NCBI GenBank assembly: GCA_977030845.1 | Contig: OZ365109.1 | Location: forward strand, 52,638,001-52,702,000 | Origin: Fimbriosthenelais zetlandica | Taxonomy: Eukaryota | DNA length: 64,000 bases | Reading direction: 5' to 3' | Part shown: one piece after another, positions 26,843 through 40,143 of the stretch | Layout: the number at the start of each line of letters is the position of its first letter | Numbering within the stretch: the first letter of the stretch is position 1 | The notes under the pieces: model-generated | Seen by the model: the letters and a program-made list of their open reading frames with translations, nothing else | Databases searched by the model: none | What the model was told of the DNA's origin: nothing | Made by a program: the position numbers and the translations under genes

Positions 26843-29800
26843 TATCAGGTTAACATCCTGAACCTGTCTCTTCATTGCCTGGCTACATGACACCTTTATA
26901 CAGGTATGGACATCCCGTACAATGTGTTATTATCCTGAATAAGGCATTATAATATATACTGACGTTATTTGTGAAATCAGACTAACTGGTACCAGATCTG
27001 TAAAATGGCACTCCCAGATCAATATATTATTCGACATGGACAATGCATGCCTTCCTGCAAGGTATGTTTATGCCAAGAAAAAGACACATGCAGAACACAA
27101 CATGTAAAGTACTAAAATAGAATCAGAACGTGTCCTAAAGAACTACCAAACTTATTTTCAATAACAAATTAAATTCAAAATTGAAATTCAGTCTCAACAT
27201 CCAAGCTATGACTATTTTGTCCTACGCTTTAAAAAAAAGTTCCTTGACCAGATAATGTTGAATGCCCCTTTATGCCTCCACGCTCCCCCATTTCCATGAC
27301 CTTCGTCTAGCCCCGCCTGCCTCCGGGACTAGCGGGTCATGCTGAACTGATGAACCTAGAGTTACTAATGACAGTAAAAAGGTAGAAGGGGAAACATGGG
27401 GGTCGCTTGTGGAGGAGAACCTGGGTTAATGGGTGAAGTAAATTCTGGAAATTGTCCTAAACGTTTTGTGGTGCATAAAAGTCTAAATTCTATTTATGAT
27501 GGATCTTAGATTTACTATCATAGCCTACTTGTCTCGAAGAAAATATGGAAGAATGCGCGCTTTTAAGACAAGAAATCGAAGAATTTACCAATTAATGACT
27601 CACAATTCATTCATCGATATTTTCCCAAAGGGGAGAAAAGGCTTTCGAGCGCACTAGGGCATGTTTTTATATGAATCAACAGCGCTATACAAGTTTAGTA
27701 TAATAAATTACATTTAATTAACAGACTATAACATAAATTGAATGATTGTTAACACGCTTTTAGCACAGCAGGACTGATCATTTAAAAATTTATATCACCT
27801 TAGATTTGACATTTTCAGCAGGGCACTCAGTAAGGGCAAAGGGCCATGGCCCTCTCTGCTTCAGCCTTTCTCGCTGGTCGAGTGGATACATACAAGGTAT
27901 AGCGGTAATCCACCCTAAAAGGGCCACCCGAGTTGCATTGTGCATTCTTTACTACTGCCCTCAGGCAAAACACATCCTATTCTGATAGCCTGAAATCGGT
28001 CAACCCACGCTAGATCCACTTGCAAGCTTTTATTGTCGTTCAATAAACGATAGGCCTACTGGTCATAGAAGAAGATCAAAAGAAGATGGACAGGTCAAAT
28101 CAAGAGAAGATTGACAATTGACTGATCTGACCAATGTCCATCTCCTGCCATTGTGGTTGAAGGTATAGGTAGGATGGAGAGATAACATTGAGTCGGGGAG
28201 AGGTAGCTTGTATGGGGTCAGGTAGAGGTGGTTACCTGTGTGTATATTGGACAGGTAATGAATCTACTGATTTATGGGGGAAGAGTCCAGCCTTCAAGGC
28301 ACGGAATGATTTTTCTGGTTTTATTTATTTACTTTCAATTTAACCACCTGTATTTTTCATGGGTTTGAAAATGTTCCCTCTAAACATTTGGAACCTTTTG
28401 AGTTATGGTTTTATCCCAGGAATGTGTGTGACTAAGGTGGACATGATGCAATGAATCACAGTGTCTCCGGACCATTCAACTAACTACATGTAGTGAAAAT
28501 ATAGAAAAATGGTGGATTCGTTTATTATTGAAAGCATAATTTGCCTCTCAATCCTTGTCACTGCATTTAAAGCAGTCCAATGAAGGCTAAGATTAATGCC
28601 TTTTATGTCTCTGCTTCCTATTGAAGCTCTTCCCTATCCAAGTCAACTTTGCACGTCCAAGATGCAGAACACATTTTAAGGACAATTGTTAAATGAACCA
28701 GATATGTTATGCCCTCAGGGATTGCCCTCAGGGATGGGGTTAAAACATTACCTTTAAGGTCAGGAATAAGGACTTAAATGTACATAGTCATTGGCGTGTT
28801 AAATTTTAATGAGCCAATTATCCATTATAGATTACCCAGGCCCTATGGCCCTGCCATTATCAATCTAAATGGTTTTATAATACAGGCCTGACGCTGGGAA
28901 TCGAGCTCCCATCATGGATGGAGTATCCACCGTCACTGAGGCACCACCTAGTGGATTTCCCAGACACTAAAGCGCTTCCCACAGAAACTAAGCTCTGCCA
29001 ATGATCTGCACACAGGAAAACAAAAATCATTCCCCTCTGTGTCATGGGATCCATGACTCTTGTCTTAGGTGTGTGGGTTTTAGTTACTATGGTAACACGC
29101 GGAACAGATGGGAGAGCTAAGTGCCAATGAGTCACCTGAACAAATGACCAGGACTTCGCTCTCCACCTGGCTGGAGAAAAAATAATCAACTTTGACAGAA
29201 AATCCGTCCGGGAGGAAGTCTCGATGACATTTCTACCTGGAGGTACACACTTGAAGCTCTAAGTCTTTCAGTCTAAGGACAACCTACAGGATTTTGTTAA
29301 ACCTTATTTTTTTCATTCTTTATCCCTCGATCACACTCGGTGTTTTTTAAGCCTTAAATGTTTGTTTAATCTCAAAAACTGACAATGATATGAATAATTT
29401 CGACTTTTAAAGCTGTGAAAAAAACAAAACTGAATATGTTGATATCCAGCAACCAATTTAAAGGAACAGTTTATCAATCGGTCAATGCATGCAAGAATTT
29501 TCATGTTAATAATAATCAATGTTGTTGTACGCATTTCAATGTCCAAGTGTTTAATGGACTGTGACTCTATTTAATCCCACTTTTAAAACCATTCACCTAA
29601 AGCTAACGTGAACTTTTATGCCGCAGGATCCAGCGGTTAATGCACATCTAAATCCCCGACTAATTGTGACCCTCTAATAAATTAAGTACCTTCCTCATCT
29701 ACCTAATACTTGCCCGCAGGGATTTTTGATCATTTAAGATTAAATAAATTTATTCGTGACAAAAAGTTTATGTGTGTTACAGGATGTTTGAAACATAACA

Positions 29801-32451
29801 TGCGGGTGAAGAGATCTAAACAATGATTTCTCTACAACCATCATGGCAAGCAGTAAACATTGCCATGAAGATATTTTAAAGATATGAGGTGAAGTTAACA
29901 GCAGTAACTGAATGTGTTAGGTCTTTGGGTAGCCAATCATTCTCTTCTGATCAGATCAGGATAGATTCGCTACATAACTTTTTAGCGTTTTAGATTATCT
30001 GAAAGACAATTTACCTAACTGTAAAATAGGTAATCCATTCAAGTACATAATATATAATCTGTATCAATTGTAATTGTATCATTTGATATCAATTTTAAAC
30101 AATCCCAATGAGTAAAGCAAAGAGTTGATTTGGCAATTCATCAAGTTCGGATAAATTTAATTCAAAGAAACCTAAAAGGAAACCGAAAGCACGAGCTCTC
30201 AACAAACAAAATGCCCAAAACGACGTAAACAAAATAAGTATCAAAATTATTAGTTTAAAATGCCAGTAAATTAAGCGCAAAATGAATGGGTAGCTAAATC
30301 AGAGATACTGAAAACTAAGTTTACATCCTACCTGTATTGAAGATTAGGTTCCAAATGAGGATCAGGTATAAGTCCGAATAAACAGAGTAAGCCACATAAA
30401 GGCACTACCAGAGCAGGTCCTGAGGTTTATGAAGGCCATAGGCACTACATGTTACACTCGAAACACTGAGTCATGCAGACCCCATCTGCGACCATTGACC
30501 ACATATAGGTCATTCAGTAAATATCTGCATTAAACATCCTCAAATCAAGACACCAAGAATTCCCAAGCACAATTAGTGCTCTGTGGGAGACTGATATATG
30601 GTATACAGAATCCGTCTACCCTTCCCTTACATCCGACTCCAAGAAACAGGCATTGAGGAATGCTTTCAAAAAAGTTCAGTCTTCAAACAAGACAGCAGCT
30701 GCAAGATCCTTAATTATTTTTGCCTTCTCTCACATATGTCTTGACCGTGTATATAGCTGCAGGGAAGGTGCGACAGGTAAAGATCCCCCTCTTACGTTGC
30801 CATGGCTCCCCTTCTAATGGTATAGTGTACTTTCACTCGGCGGTCAAAAGGTGGAGTTTTTAAGGAGAACTTTTAAGCAAGACATGTCGGCCAGCAGACA
30901 TGTTTCATCTTAATCAACTACCGTGCAACCTGCTTCTCTAATAAGAGCCATGTATACAGGTGCTACAGGTATATATACTTTTTTCACGGATGTAATCTCC
31001 TCTTTGGCAAGATCAAGTTTTATTTCATGCGCTTGGTGGGAACTTCTCACAAACTCCTTACTCGAGTTTACCAAGTTAATAATCATCAAGCAGATTTCAC
31101 TTCGACTTTCTAATTTCTCTCATTGCTTTCTGGAGAAAATGGAGACACTATAGGTTTTGGGGATATTAGGAGATACCCCGATGGTTGTTTGTCCAAGAAA
31201 TTGCATGTATTAAAGTTATGAATTTCCGTTATTATTGTACATGTAAATTTATTGCATGGAATTAGATAATTACATGTTATCTCCTCTCTTTCGTATGTCA
31301 CATATCATGAATATAAACCAACTTTAGGGGCACTGGGGACTACATTTATTAAAGTAAATTACATGAAACATGGACATCTTACACCGGTTGGGGTGTGGTT
31401 GAGAGATAGGGTAACATGTCGGCGGACGGGGTGGGGGATATACATAGTGTCTGTTTTTTAAAGAGGCCCCTGCCCCCTGCGGTCCCTCCCTCTGGCTGTT
31501 GAATCAGTTAGCCCTGTGGTATGTAAGGTCGCGGTGCGGCTATTATAGAGCACCAGTAATTCACATAACGGCTATATAAAACACGTCTCTATAAATCAAG
31601 TGCAAGAGAAGGTGTCTGGTTGCAGATTAGAGATTACGTCTGACATTTATTACCACAAACATACATTTACAATCCTCCAAAGTATGCATTATTTTAAGTG
31701 GTTTATCAATCGGCTTGCATTTAAATCGTTTGTATAAATTTTCTACTTGGTTTGAGCTTAGAGTAAAATGATTTTACTCTAAGTTTTGAGGAAATTGTTT
31801 CTTTCAGTTTCACATTTTGAATTTGAAATTGGCAAAATAGAGCAAACTATGGTTTATACCTTGCCATATACCCAGGTACTGGGTATATTATGTTCATTAT
31901 TCAAACGCATTAAATCTGACATTTGTCTTCGACAAATGTTAAGGACATTTAAAAATATTTTTGGGATTTTATAATTGCCCTATGGGGTAATGCAACACGT
32001 GCAACAGCCGAAGGGGCTTATTACTGGGCTCACGACCGTTTTCTACAGAATGTCAGCGGAAAATCCAATAATAGGAGAGATTTTCTGCATTCATCTGCTA
32101 AGAAAAAATTGTGATAATAGCCCATCTTACAGAGGAAGGTAGGACTGTGTCATTCATCATGATAAAGGAGATGTTTTATCTGATGGTCTATACGCCGGGG
32201 CAGGTAAATGTCTGGCTGGCATTTTGTGCTATATTATACAAATATTCCCAGCGGCAAATCACTCATAATGATGATAATACCAAGATATAATGATCAGGTG
32301 GACTATAGGACTGATTCAACACTCTCAAAGATGAAGGTTTTCACTGTTGGAATAATGCCAAATTATACCACTTTCAAACTAAATTTTACCTCAGATATCA
32401 GAAAACTGAACTCTTACAGTTTTGTAAGTATAATGTAGCAAAACACTTTAG

Positions 32452-32666
32452 GATGAAAGTCCCAGGGCATTGATGTGATATATCGATGTCGTGATCATCA
32501 ATATGTGATGCTCAATGTCCCCTGGGAATTTATGGGCTACATAAGCCTGAGATAGTGATGGTCAAAGCCCCCCTGGGAATTTGCGGGCTGCAGAAGCCAA
32601 AGATTATAGTGATGCTTAATACCCCTGGGGCATTTGAGGGCATATTATGATGCTCAATGTTCCAGG
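32452..32666 (+). repeat. Degenerate ~40-54-bp minisatellite (3 units plus partials)
   Basis: GTGATG(C/G)T(C/T)AA..CCCCTGGG(A/G) recurs at 32505, 32555 and 32609, partial at 32452 and 32648. Confidence 0.75.
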
Positions 32667-34065
32667 TAGGACAAAATATATAAGATTTTTCAGAGCTTAG
32701 GAGACCAGACTACTCTAGCACACCTGTTTTCACAATGTATGTGGGAAGTTAAAAAAAAAAACTCACAATAGACGTTAAAAACTAGGCGTATTGAAGTTAA
32801 TGGTGGAAAATCACTGACGTGGATGTAACAACACAAAAGGCCAGCACAAAGATATCATTTTGCCTGGACGAACAGGATAATTAGATAACAGAGCGGGAGA
32901 AAGCGGAGAGGAAAAAACTTTACCATGGGCTACAAGTGAAACACTTGATAGAAGAACAAAAATGAAGGCAAACCAAGCAATAAAATTCAAACATTCCACA
33001 GAGAATAGAAGTGGAAATGAAGAGAATAAAAGTACAGAAAGGTGTGGGGAAAACAATGTGAAAGGTTCAGAGAGCAAATATTTCCCAAAGGGCGACTGCA
33101 TGGGGGAGTTAGAAACAAAGAGGGACAGACCATGCAGAAGAATCATGAATATATCACGAACTTCTAATACCGGTACATATGACTTAGACTTCTGCCTTTA
33201 AAAGGAAATATTTTCAGAGAAACAAAGAAAAAGAAATACAGGAGAATAATGTCCATACTGCCAAATCCTGTATCATAAATTTGAAACTGATTATAACTGT
33301 CTTGTATAGTGAATCTAATTCATCAAAAAATCATTGAAAATATTTTTTTAGTGTTTTCCTTCCTCGCTTTAACATTATTCCGTGAAATAACAGGGAGAGA
33401 ATCTGGCAGGGCCCGCCAACCCTCCCCTCCCCTTCTCCACAATATTTGCCCAGCAGGGATACGAGGAGGCAGCGGCCCACTTTTTATGTCAGTCACATTT
33501 CATCCGTCCAGCCTACCTACTCTCTCATTCACAGAGTGCTTGATTTGTTGGCCGGCGTTTTTTGTTCACCTTGCTATCAATGGGCTTTCAGGGAGGCAGT
33601 TGGGTGGAGTTTCAATATGAAATCCATGAGAGAATTCCACCTTGGCTGGCCACAATGGATCAACCAATATAGGCGGACATGGCCTTAGTGAACACTTGTA
33701 TACACATAGAAATTGGCTTTATATGGAAGTAACAGTATATTGAAGTGAATCAGGGAAATCCACAATTGGATAAATGTACATTGTATAAATAATAAAATTA
33801 AAATATATTTTGGGCTTAATCTCATATGCAGTAAATATAGAGTTCCTGTAACCGATAAAGTGACATGCTGAAACTGTGCTTGGGACAGAAAAGAAAATTT
33901 TACTTTCGCTTAAGGAACGACCGTCTGGTGATCCGTCAAACTTCCGGAGATAACCATATCTCTATTAAGGTCATAAGATACTCTATAATCAACCTTTTTC
34001 TTTCCTGTCATCGGTTAAAATCTTGCCTTAGTGGAAACTGTACATAAATTTTAAAAAAAACTTAC

Positions 34066-34636
34066 CTGAAGTGATGTCCTCGTCATCCGTCTCGTATGTC
34101 CCGAGTGTACTCAAACTGTCCATACTATAACTTCTATTACTGTATCTGTCCACCTTCCAAAGGTCAACAGAACTGGCACCACTCCTGTCCTCCCCAAACC
34201 TTCTGTCCTGGGGAGGAGTAGGTAGGCCTGTCATCGTTCCACCTACACCAATACTGGTCACAAAAGGTCCCATGGGTTCAGGAGCTGTATTATCTGACAT
34301 TCTATCCATGTTATCCGGTAGAGTTAGTAACTGTCTTTCTTTGAGACACTTCTGAAGGCTCTGGATAAAATCACTTTCTTCCTCCACTTGTTGATAATGT
34401 TGCAGTTGTTGCTCAGATTGTTGCTGGTTGTTGGTAGTGCCAGTAGAGTTGCCCTCAGCCTCCTCTTCCTCTCTGTAAGGCCTTCCCTTCTCCTGCTCTT
34501 CCCTTTCTAGGTGCGCCCCTGGGTGCGGATCAGTGGGATGGAGAGGAGGCGGTGGTGGGGGAGTGAGACTGGAATCACTGTCACCAGCAAACTCCTGTGG
34601 TGGAGGCGGCAGTGGTGAGAGCGACAGAGCCTCCCT
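34066..34636 (-). CDS. PDZD2: PDZD2/IL16-family exon 10 (Pro/Gln/Glu-rich disordered region)
   Basis: Acceptor ttctctctttgtaccacag|, phase 0, inside the 211-aa ORF. Ends ...TYETDDEDITS g|gtaagt, phase 1; 571 nt. Confidence 0.88.
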
Positions 34637-35263
34637 CTGTGGTACAAAGAGAGAATCTGACATGTAGGTAGTATATAGGAATGTGAGTCATGCTCAGGTA
34701 TCCCAAACTAGGAAGCCAGCCAAAAAGTCCAGCTATCCCACTTATTACTATGTCAAAATATTTATTTGTCATGGCAACATGCAGCTTGACTTTTTGCCAA
34801 TATAAATTCTTTTCAGCATAAAAATATTCACATGCATGTTGTCAATCAATTATGCTTCATGAGAGCAAAAATGCAGGGTTTATTTAGCGTGTAAAAATCC
34901 GTGGAAAAATGTGCATTTTCTGAGTTCTAAATATGGTACCCTGGGGCCTAATTTGGCCAATTTTATTAAACACATGTAATTGGCTATAACTAATAGTAAC
35001 TAATTAGAAGGGCAGCAATCAAACTAGCCGTTCATTGTATAATATTTATTAGTGTATATAAATCAAATATTACCGCTATAAACTACTTATACTATAAATG
35101 TAATTTAGATATATCGTAACCACTATAGTCAGAGACCACCATCATTGGTACCTGGGACAGGAGAGCACCACTGAAAATATAATTAACCAGTCCCAACCTG
35201 TCACCTGGAAATCTGTCAATCAATAATTATGCAAATGAGAAAAAGCAGAGGTCATCCACCCAC

Positions 35264-35396
35264 CTCGCCCTGGTCCCTCTTTTTCAGCACCAGTCTGATT
35301 GGTCCGGGCTGGAGCTGGCGGAAAATGGCGAAGGCCTCATCCACCGACACGTTACAGAGGCTGTGAGCGTTCACTTGTAGGATTTGGTCGCCATAG
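35264..35396 (-). CDS. PDZD2: PDZD2/IL16-family exon 9 (PDZ4 C-half)
   Basis: Acceptor gttttatgtag|. (S)YGDQILQVNAHSLCNVSVDEAFAIFRQLQPGPIRLVLKKRDQGE. Donor |gtgggt, phase 0. Confidence 0.92.
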
Positions 35397-36047
35397 CTAC
35401 ATAAACACAAATAGAGACATGTTGTCATGGCAACATTGAAAGCATCCGATTTTTAATGGGAGGAAATCAGCATGCAACAGGTCGATATTACAGATCCATC
35501 TGTTCCGCCCTGTGAACAAGGCCTTTTGAGCACATTCACAACTGGTGCTGTGAATCATTAATTAACATAGGAACAGTGAAAGGAAACACAATCCAATCTC
35601 ACTCTTTGAATCAGTATCTATCACATTCCTCTAGGTAAAACATGGTTTCCTTTACGTTCCTTCATTTTCCAATTCCTTACGTTAATTCATGCATACTAAA
35701 TTAGACACTATGTAGACAGAACTTTTCAATAGGATTTTCGATTGAACTAGTTTTTGCTGAATGAATAGAAAGGCCGAAGTTAGTAATGAATGGTCATCAA
35801 TCAAGTATAATTAAGGGGAATGATTCACACCTGGGACCCATGACATAATCACCTAATGAATAACCAGTCATCCATAAACTTAACATCAAGTAATGTCACA
35901 TAAATCGTACGTGGCATGAATTATAAAATAACTGGCATAATGACTGTAATATTAGGCATTACAAGGCAAGAGGTAAATTGGTGAATTAGGTAACGTTTCA
36001 AAGTTTGTCGAAATAAACCGATCATAGTGAGACTTAATTATTCTTAC

Positions 36048-36165
36048 CTGAGTCTACCATCGCGTTCTGCTGGAGATGAAGGTGCCATATCCTCGATGAA
36101 GATTCCTCGTTCTCCATCTTCGGTTTCTTGACAAATGACACCCAATCCTAAACCATGGCCAGGGG
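36048..36165 (-). CDS. PDZD2: PDZD2/IL16-family exon 8 (PDZ4 middle)
   Basis: Acceptor ttcggttgacag|. APGHGLGLGVICQETEDGERGIFIEDMAPSSPAERDGRL, in a different frame from ORF-track 36054-36320. Donor ag|gtaaga, phase 2. Confidence 0.92.
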
Positions 36166-36950
36166 CTGTCAACCGAATTAAACGGTATAAACATGATATT
36201 CATTGATTTACTCTCAAGCAATTCGAAAATAATTGACAAAAAGCTTATTACTAGGTAGAAAGAGTCAAATACATATTGAAGTCTCGTATACATATGGATG
36301 AAAAATATTTTTAAAATCATTCAAAGTTTCAGCTGATTTTATGAGTATAGTTTAGTACATTTTCATACAGGTAAGTTAATTGTTCCGTTGCTCCAAAGAT
36401 CGGTTCAAAGATCACTCTCTAAAAGGCCAATATCACTGCAATCATAGACCGTACTCTACGTGAAAATGATAAGCTGGATTCCAAATGAAGTCAGAAAACT
36501 ATGGAATAAATAATCTGCTCATCTAAGCTACTGAAGGATCCTTGCAATAAAATTTTCAAAGAACAGAATGCAGAAAATATTTTATAAAATATCCCAACAG
36601 TTCTAATTACTATACAACAATCAAAAAACACAAGCCGTGATTCAAAGTCGTGGAAATGATAGAAATAATGCACACCAGTGACAAGAGAAAATCACACAGA
36701 AAAGACATACCTGCATTGAATAGTTCTATTGGACATGGGAATGTGGAATTGTATTAATATAAGTCCCATAATGTTCTACCATAATAAAATATAGATCTCC
36801 TGGTAAAAAATGCTTCTGTAACAACCCAACATTTGCTTACTTTATCTTAAATCTAAGTTCCAATGTTGGACATTACATTATAATTTTGTTAGATAGTAAG
36901 ATAGTGGGCAAGCTATTGTTATCAAAAGTTAAACAAAAAAGATGACCTAC

Positions 36951-37129
36951 CTTTTTGGAGAACGATCTCTGTAGAATCAGGAAGCAGGGGTAGAGAGGAG
37001 TGGGAGTCGGTGGAGAGACGAGAGGTGGTTCTCTTTGGTGGTGTAGGGGGAACCCTCCGGGGTGGGGCTTTAGGTACAGGAGTCCCACTCTCACTGTTCT
37101 GAGGGGTGTGGTTAGGCGACAGTTGGGGA
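36951..37129 (-). CDS. PDZD2: PDZD2/IL16-family exon 7 (Pro-rich linker plus first strand of PDZ4)
   Basis: Acceptor tttgctttgcag|. PQLSPNHTPQNSESGTPVPKAPPRRVPPTPPKRTTSRLSTDSHSSLPLLPDSTEIVLQK. Donor g|gtaggt, phase 1. Confidence 0.88.
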
Positions 37130-38230
37130 CTGCAAAGCAAATGGTTTTAATTACAATTTAAGCTAAAAGATAGCATAGGTTTTCTTTATGAATCTACAGA
37201 AGATATACATGTTCCGTTCCCTGTCTTCTTTCATTTCGATAATAGTTAACTGTATGCTGGGATTAGAAACCAGTGAATTGCAGCAACGTTTTAAGGCAGT
37301 GTGTTGTTTATGCCTATGGGACTTGCTTAAGATTTCTGACGAGCTTTGAGTGAGTTCCCATGGAGACAACCAAATGAAATGATTAGAACATGGCATGACA
37401 AGAAGTGATTTCATTGATTATTGGTGAAACTTTAAGCACTTCACTATTAATGTTCTAAATCAAAGGTCAAGTCATAAGGCATCAGACAACCAAGGTTATT
37501 ATGATCAATACATTTGGATTATCACTAGGTATGTTATTTATGATGTTCACTGATGATGTTATAGCATACATTCCAGGCATATGTTATGGAGATGTATACA
37601 GATGTTTACCTCGAAACTATGTCCATATTCGTTCTACACCAGACGCATAAAAAATCCATGTTTATAAACATCCCGTTTCTAATTTGAATCAAAATTTTCT
37701 GTAGCTTATCACTTTATAGTTTTATACACCAGATTTCTGTAAATTATATCTGAATACAATTAGAAGGATTCTGAAGCGTCAGAATGTTGAGTCAGTGGAT
37801 GCGCGTCCCACTGAGAGTTACATGTAGGTTCCTGGTGGTAATCTGGTCCTTTGACAAAACGTTTAACAAAGTTGCACAAGTGTTTTGGTAACATACTTTC
37901 CTCCTGTCTTTCTGTCTTCAGACCATCACCAAGGCTGGTGACAGATGTGTAATAATTGGTGCAGTACACTAACACGACCAGAGTTCTACATTTAAACATT
38001 CTTGCACCAGAAATAATTAGAACTCAAGGCTACATACATTTTGAACAAGGCAAGATGTGCAAAAAACAGAGGAATATCTATATGATGAAGTAATCTCAAT
38101 TGACAATCAAGATTTCTTGGATGAAATTGTCCAGGTCATTACAGAAAGTCCTTCGGGAACTAAAGAACCATAGACGTTAGAAGTACGTGTATACTATAAA
38201 TTTCCAAAATATGGTGCTGAAGAAATTTAC

Positions 38231-38354
38231 CTTGGAATTCTGGACCGAATTTTAAGACAGATTTTTCCGTGTTTCAGTTGTCTGAATTTAAGGATCGCTT
38301 TCTGATGAGTGTAGCCTTTCAAAAGCTCTCCGTTCACTTCTATAATTTCATCTC
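38231..38354 (-). CDS. PDZD2: PDZD2/IL16-family exon 6 (PDZ3 C-half; too short for the ORF track)
   Basis: Acceptor ttatttctttgtag|. GDEIIEVNGELLKGYTHQKAILKFRQLKHGKICLKIRSRIP. Donor ag|gtaaat, phase 2; 124 nt. Confidence 0.93.
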
Positions 38355-38733
38355 CTACAAAGAAATAATAAATGCCCGGTCAATTAATAGACAAAACATT
38401 CAATTTCCAATTTATAACATTGTGTCACCTTCTGACGGGATCTACCATGTGTTCTTGTTTGTTGAATATATGTTTTAAAAATTGACATCTTTGATTGAAG
38501 GATGTCTCTCCAATTTTCTTCCATGACATTGCAAGCCTTCAGGGCATAAAACATCATGCATGTTAGTGAAGACAGGTATCATGATCCATAAGGTTGCATG
38601 TAAATTTTCATTCAGATTTAACCATAAAAATATGCACCTATAAAGCACATGTGAATTTTCTGTTGAACAGAAGATAAATGGTGTGAAATATGGAAAATAA
38701 ATATTAGATGAAATTGACATTTTTTTAACCTAC

Positions 38734-39046
38734 CTTCTTTTAACTTGCCACTCTCAGCAGCCACGCCATTGGGGAAGACTGTCCTGACGAAGAATCCAAT
38801 ATGACCTTTATGTGAGTCAGCGCCTCCGACAATGCTGAAGCCAAGGCCCTTTCCGCCCGCCCCCTTCTCCAGCTCCACGTCACAGGGCGGCCCATAACGA
38901 GGAACCCTCTGTTGTTGTCTTTGGGGTGACCTTGTAGCGGGGTTCGCTTTTCGCCTCCTGTTTTCTGAGTTTGATGTCATGGCTTGGTTGTTTTGCTGGC
39001 CTCCGCCCGGGTCAGGGGCTTGATCTGGTGGAAGTTGTGACGCCCC
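38734..39046 (-). CDS. PDZD2: PDZD2/IL16-family exon 5 (linker plus PDZ3 N-half with GLGF motif)
   Basis: Acceptor ttttctcctcatag|, phase 0. ...[49 protein letters not shown]. Donor g|gtaggt, phase 1; 313 nt. Closely resembles vertebrate PDZD2 PDZ3 and the N-terminal PDZ of long IL16 as I recall them. Confidence 0.95.
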
Positions 39047-40010
39047 CTATGAGGAGAAAATCACACTATGACAATGACCTTCAGGAAGTCAATATGTCCT
39101 CAGAAGGAGGCCATAGCAGGTCAGGTTATCCCATGCTCTATTGTCAAATGTTTATTCTGAACTTGTCATAATCATGTACTGACCGCGTTCTGGGCGAATG
39201 ACAAAGCCTTCTTATTATAGAGACCCACTCCGAAAATACAAACGGACAATATTTTGAATAACAAGACCCTAAACGACCCCTCTCTCCCTAAACCCAGTGA
39301 CTGTCCTGTCAGAATGTATGTAAAAAACTAAGATGATAAATAATTCATTACAACTGTCCTTGGAATCATCCCTTGCACAAAGTATACCACGCAAGAATAT
39401 GATGCATAGATATAAATCTGACACAGGGATTGAAAAGTGAAAGTACAGAAGAAACGTAACCAAATAATATAGGCAAACCGTATTATAAAGGACTTACATT
39501 AATTGTTTCAGGTTCAGTGTGCTGCTCACTTTGTACCGGCGAGCAACTCAATGTAATCTGGAAACAAAGATATACCATGGAAAAGACCCGGAAAGTCTCA
39601 GACAAAGTGGATAGAGAAAAGAGATAGAAGAAATAGGAATAGCTGCATAGTCTGATTTGCTCCTGGTTTTTCTTGAACAAAATTAATGCCCATCATATAG
39701 TTTGTCTCGTGCTTCAGAAGAAATGACCTGAAACTTGGGGATACATACTTTCACTCTCCAAGTGAAAAGAGCAAGGTTTGACAGTATGTGATTTGTTTTG
39801 GTATAATTCAGGTGCTTCAAGAGAAATTCAGTGAAACTTCACGAGATACTTCACAAAAGACCCATCAAGTACATGAAATGAATGAAAGGCATATAGAATA
39901 TAGAACAAGTTTTTTTAGCCATAAACCGAAGGCATACATGTCCAGAAACAGATACATAATGTCAAGGTATTCAATGCCACATTGGTTAGGACTGAATGAA
40001 TGAGACATAC

Positions 40011-40143
40011 CGTTCTGGCCACGACTAGCTGGACGATATTAGGAGATCCCTCCAGTATTTTGAACGCTTCATCAGGACTGACTCCAGCCATACTCTGACC
40101 ATTGATCATCATGATTTCATCTCCGCTCTGAATGCGTCCATCT
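40011..40143 (-). CDS. PDZD2: PDZD2/IL16-family exon 4 (PDZ2 C-half)
   Basis: Acceptor tctttactcag|. (R)DGRIQSGDEIMMINGQSMAGVSPDEAFKILEGSPNIVQLVVART. Donor |gtatgt, phase 0. The join gives the typical HRDGR..GDE PDZ motif. Confidence 0.92.

Noticed and set aside
30300-31300. Possible decayed transposon ORF
   Set aside because: All frames are interrupted by stops and no recognisable motif was found; only a translated search could rescue it.
32811-33201. ORFs 32962-33201 (+) and 32811-33146 (-)
   Set aside because: Purine/pyrimidine-biased sequence gives compositional ORFs, with no domain and no convincing splice sites.
38051-38173. Protein-like acidic plus-strand frame QDVQKTEEYLYDEVISIDNQDFLDEIVQVITESPSGTKEP
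   Set aside because: Only 40 codons, a stop two codons upstream, a poor acceptor and no partner exons found.
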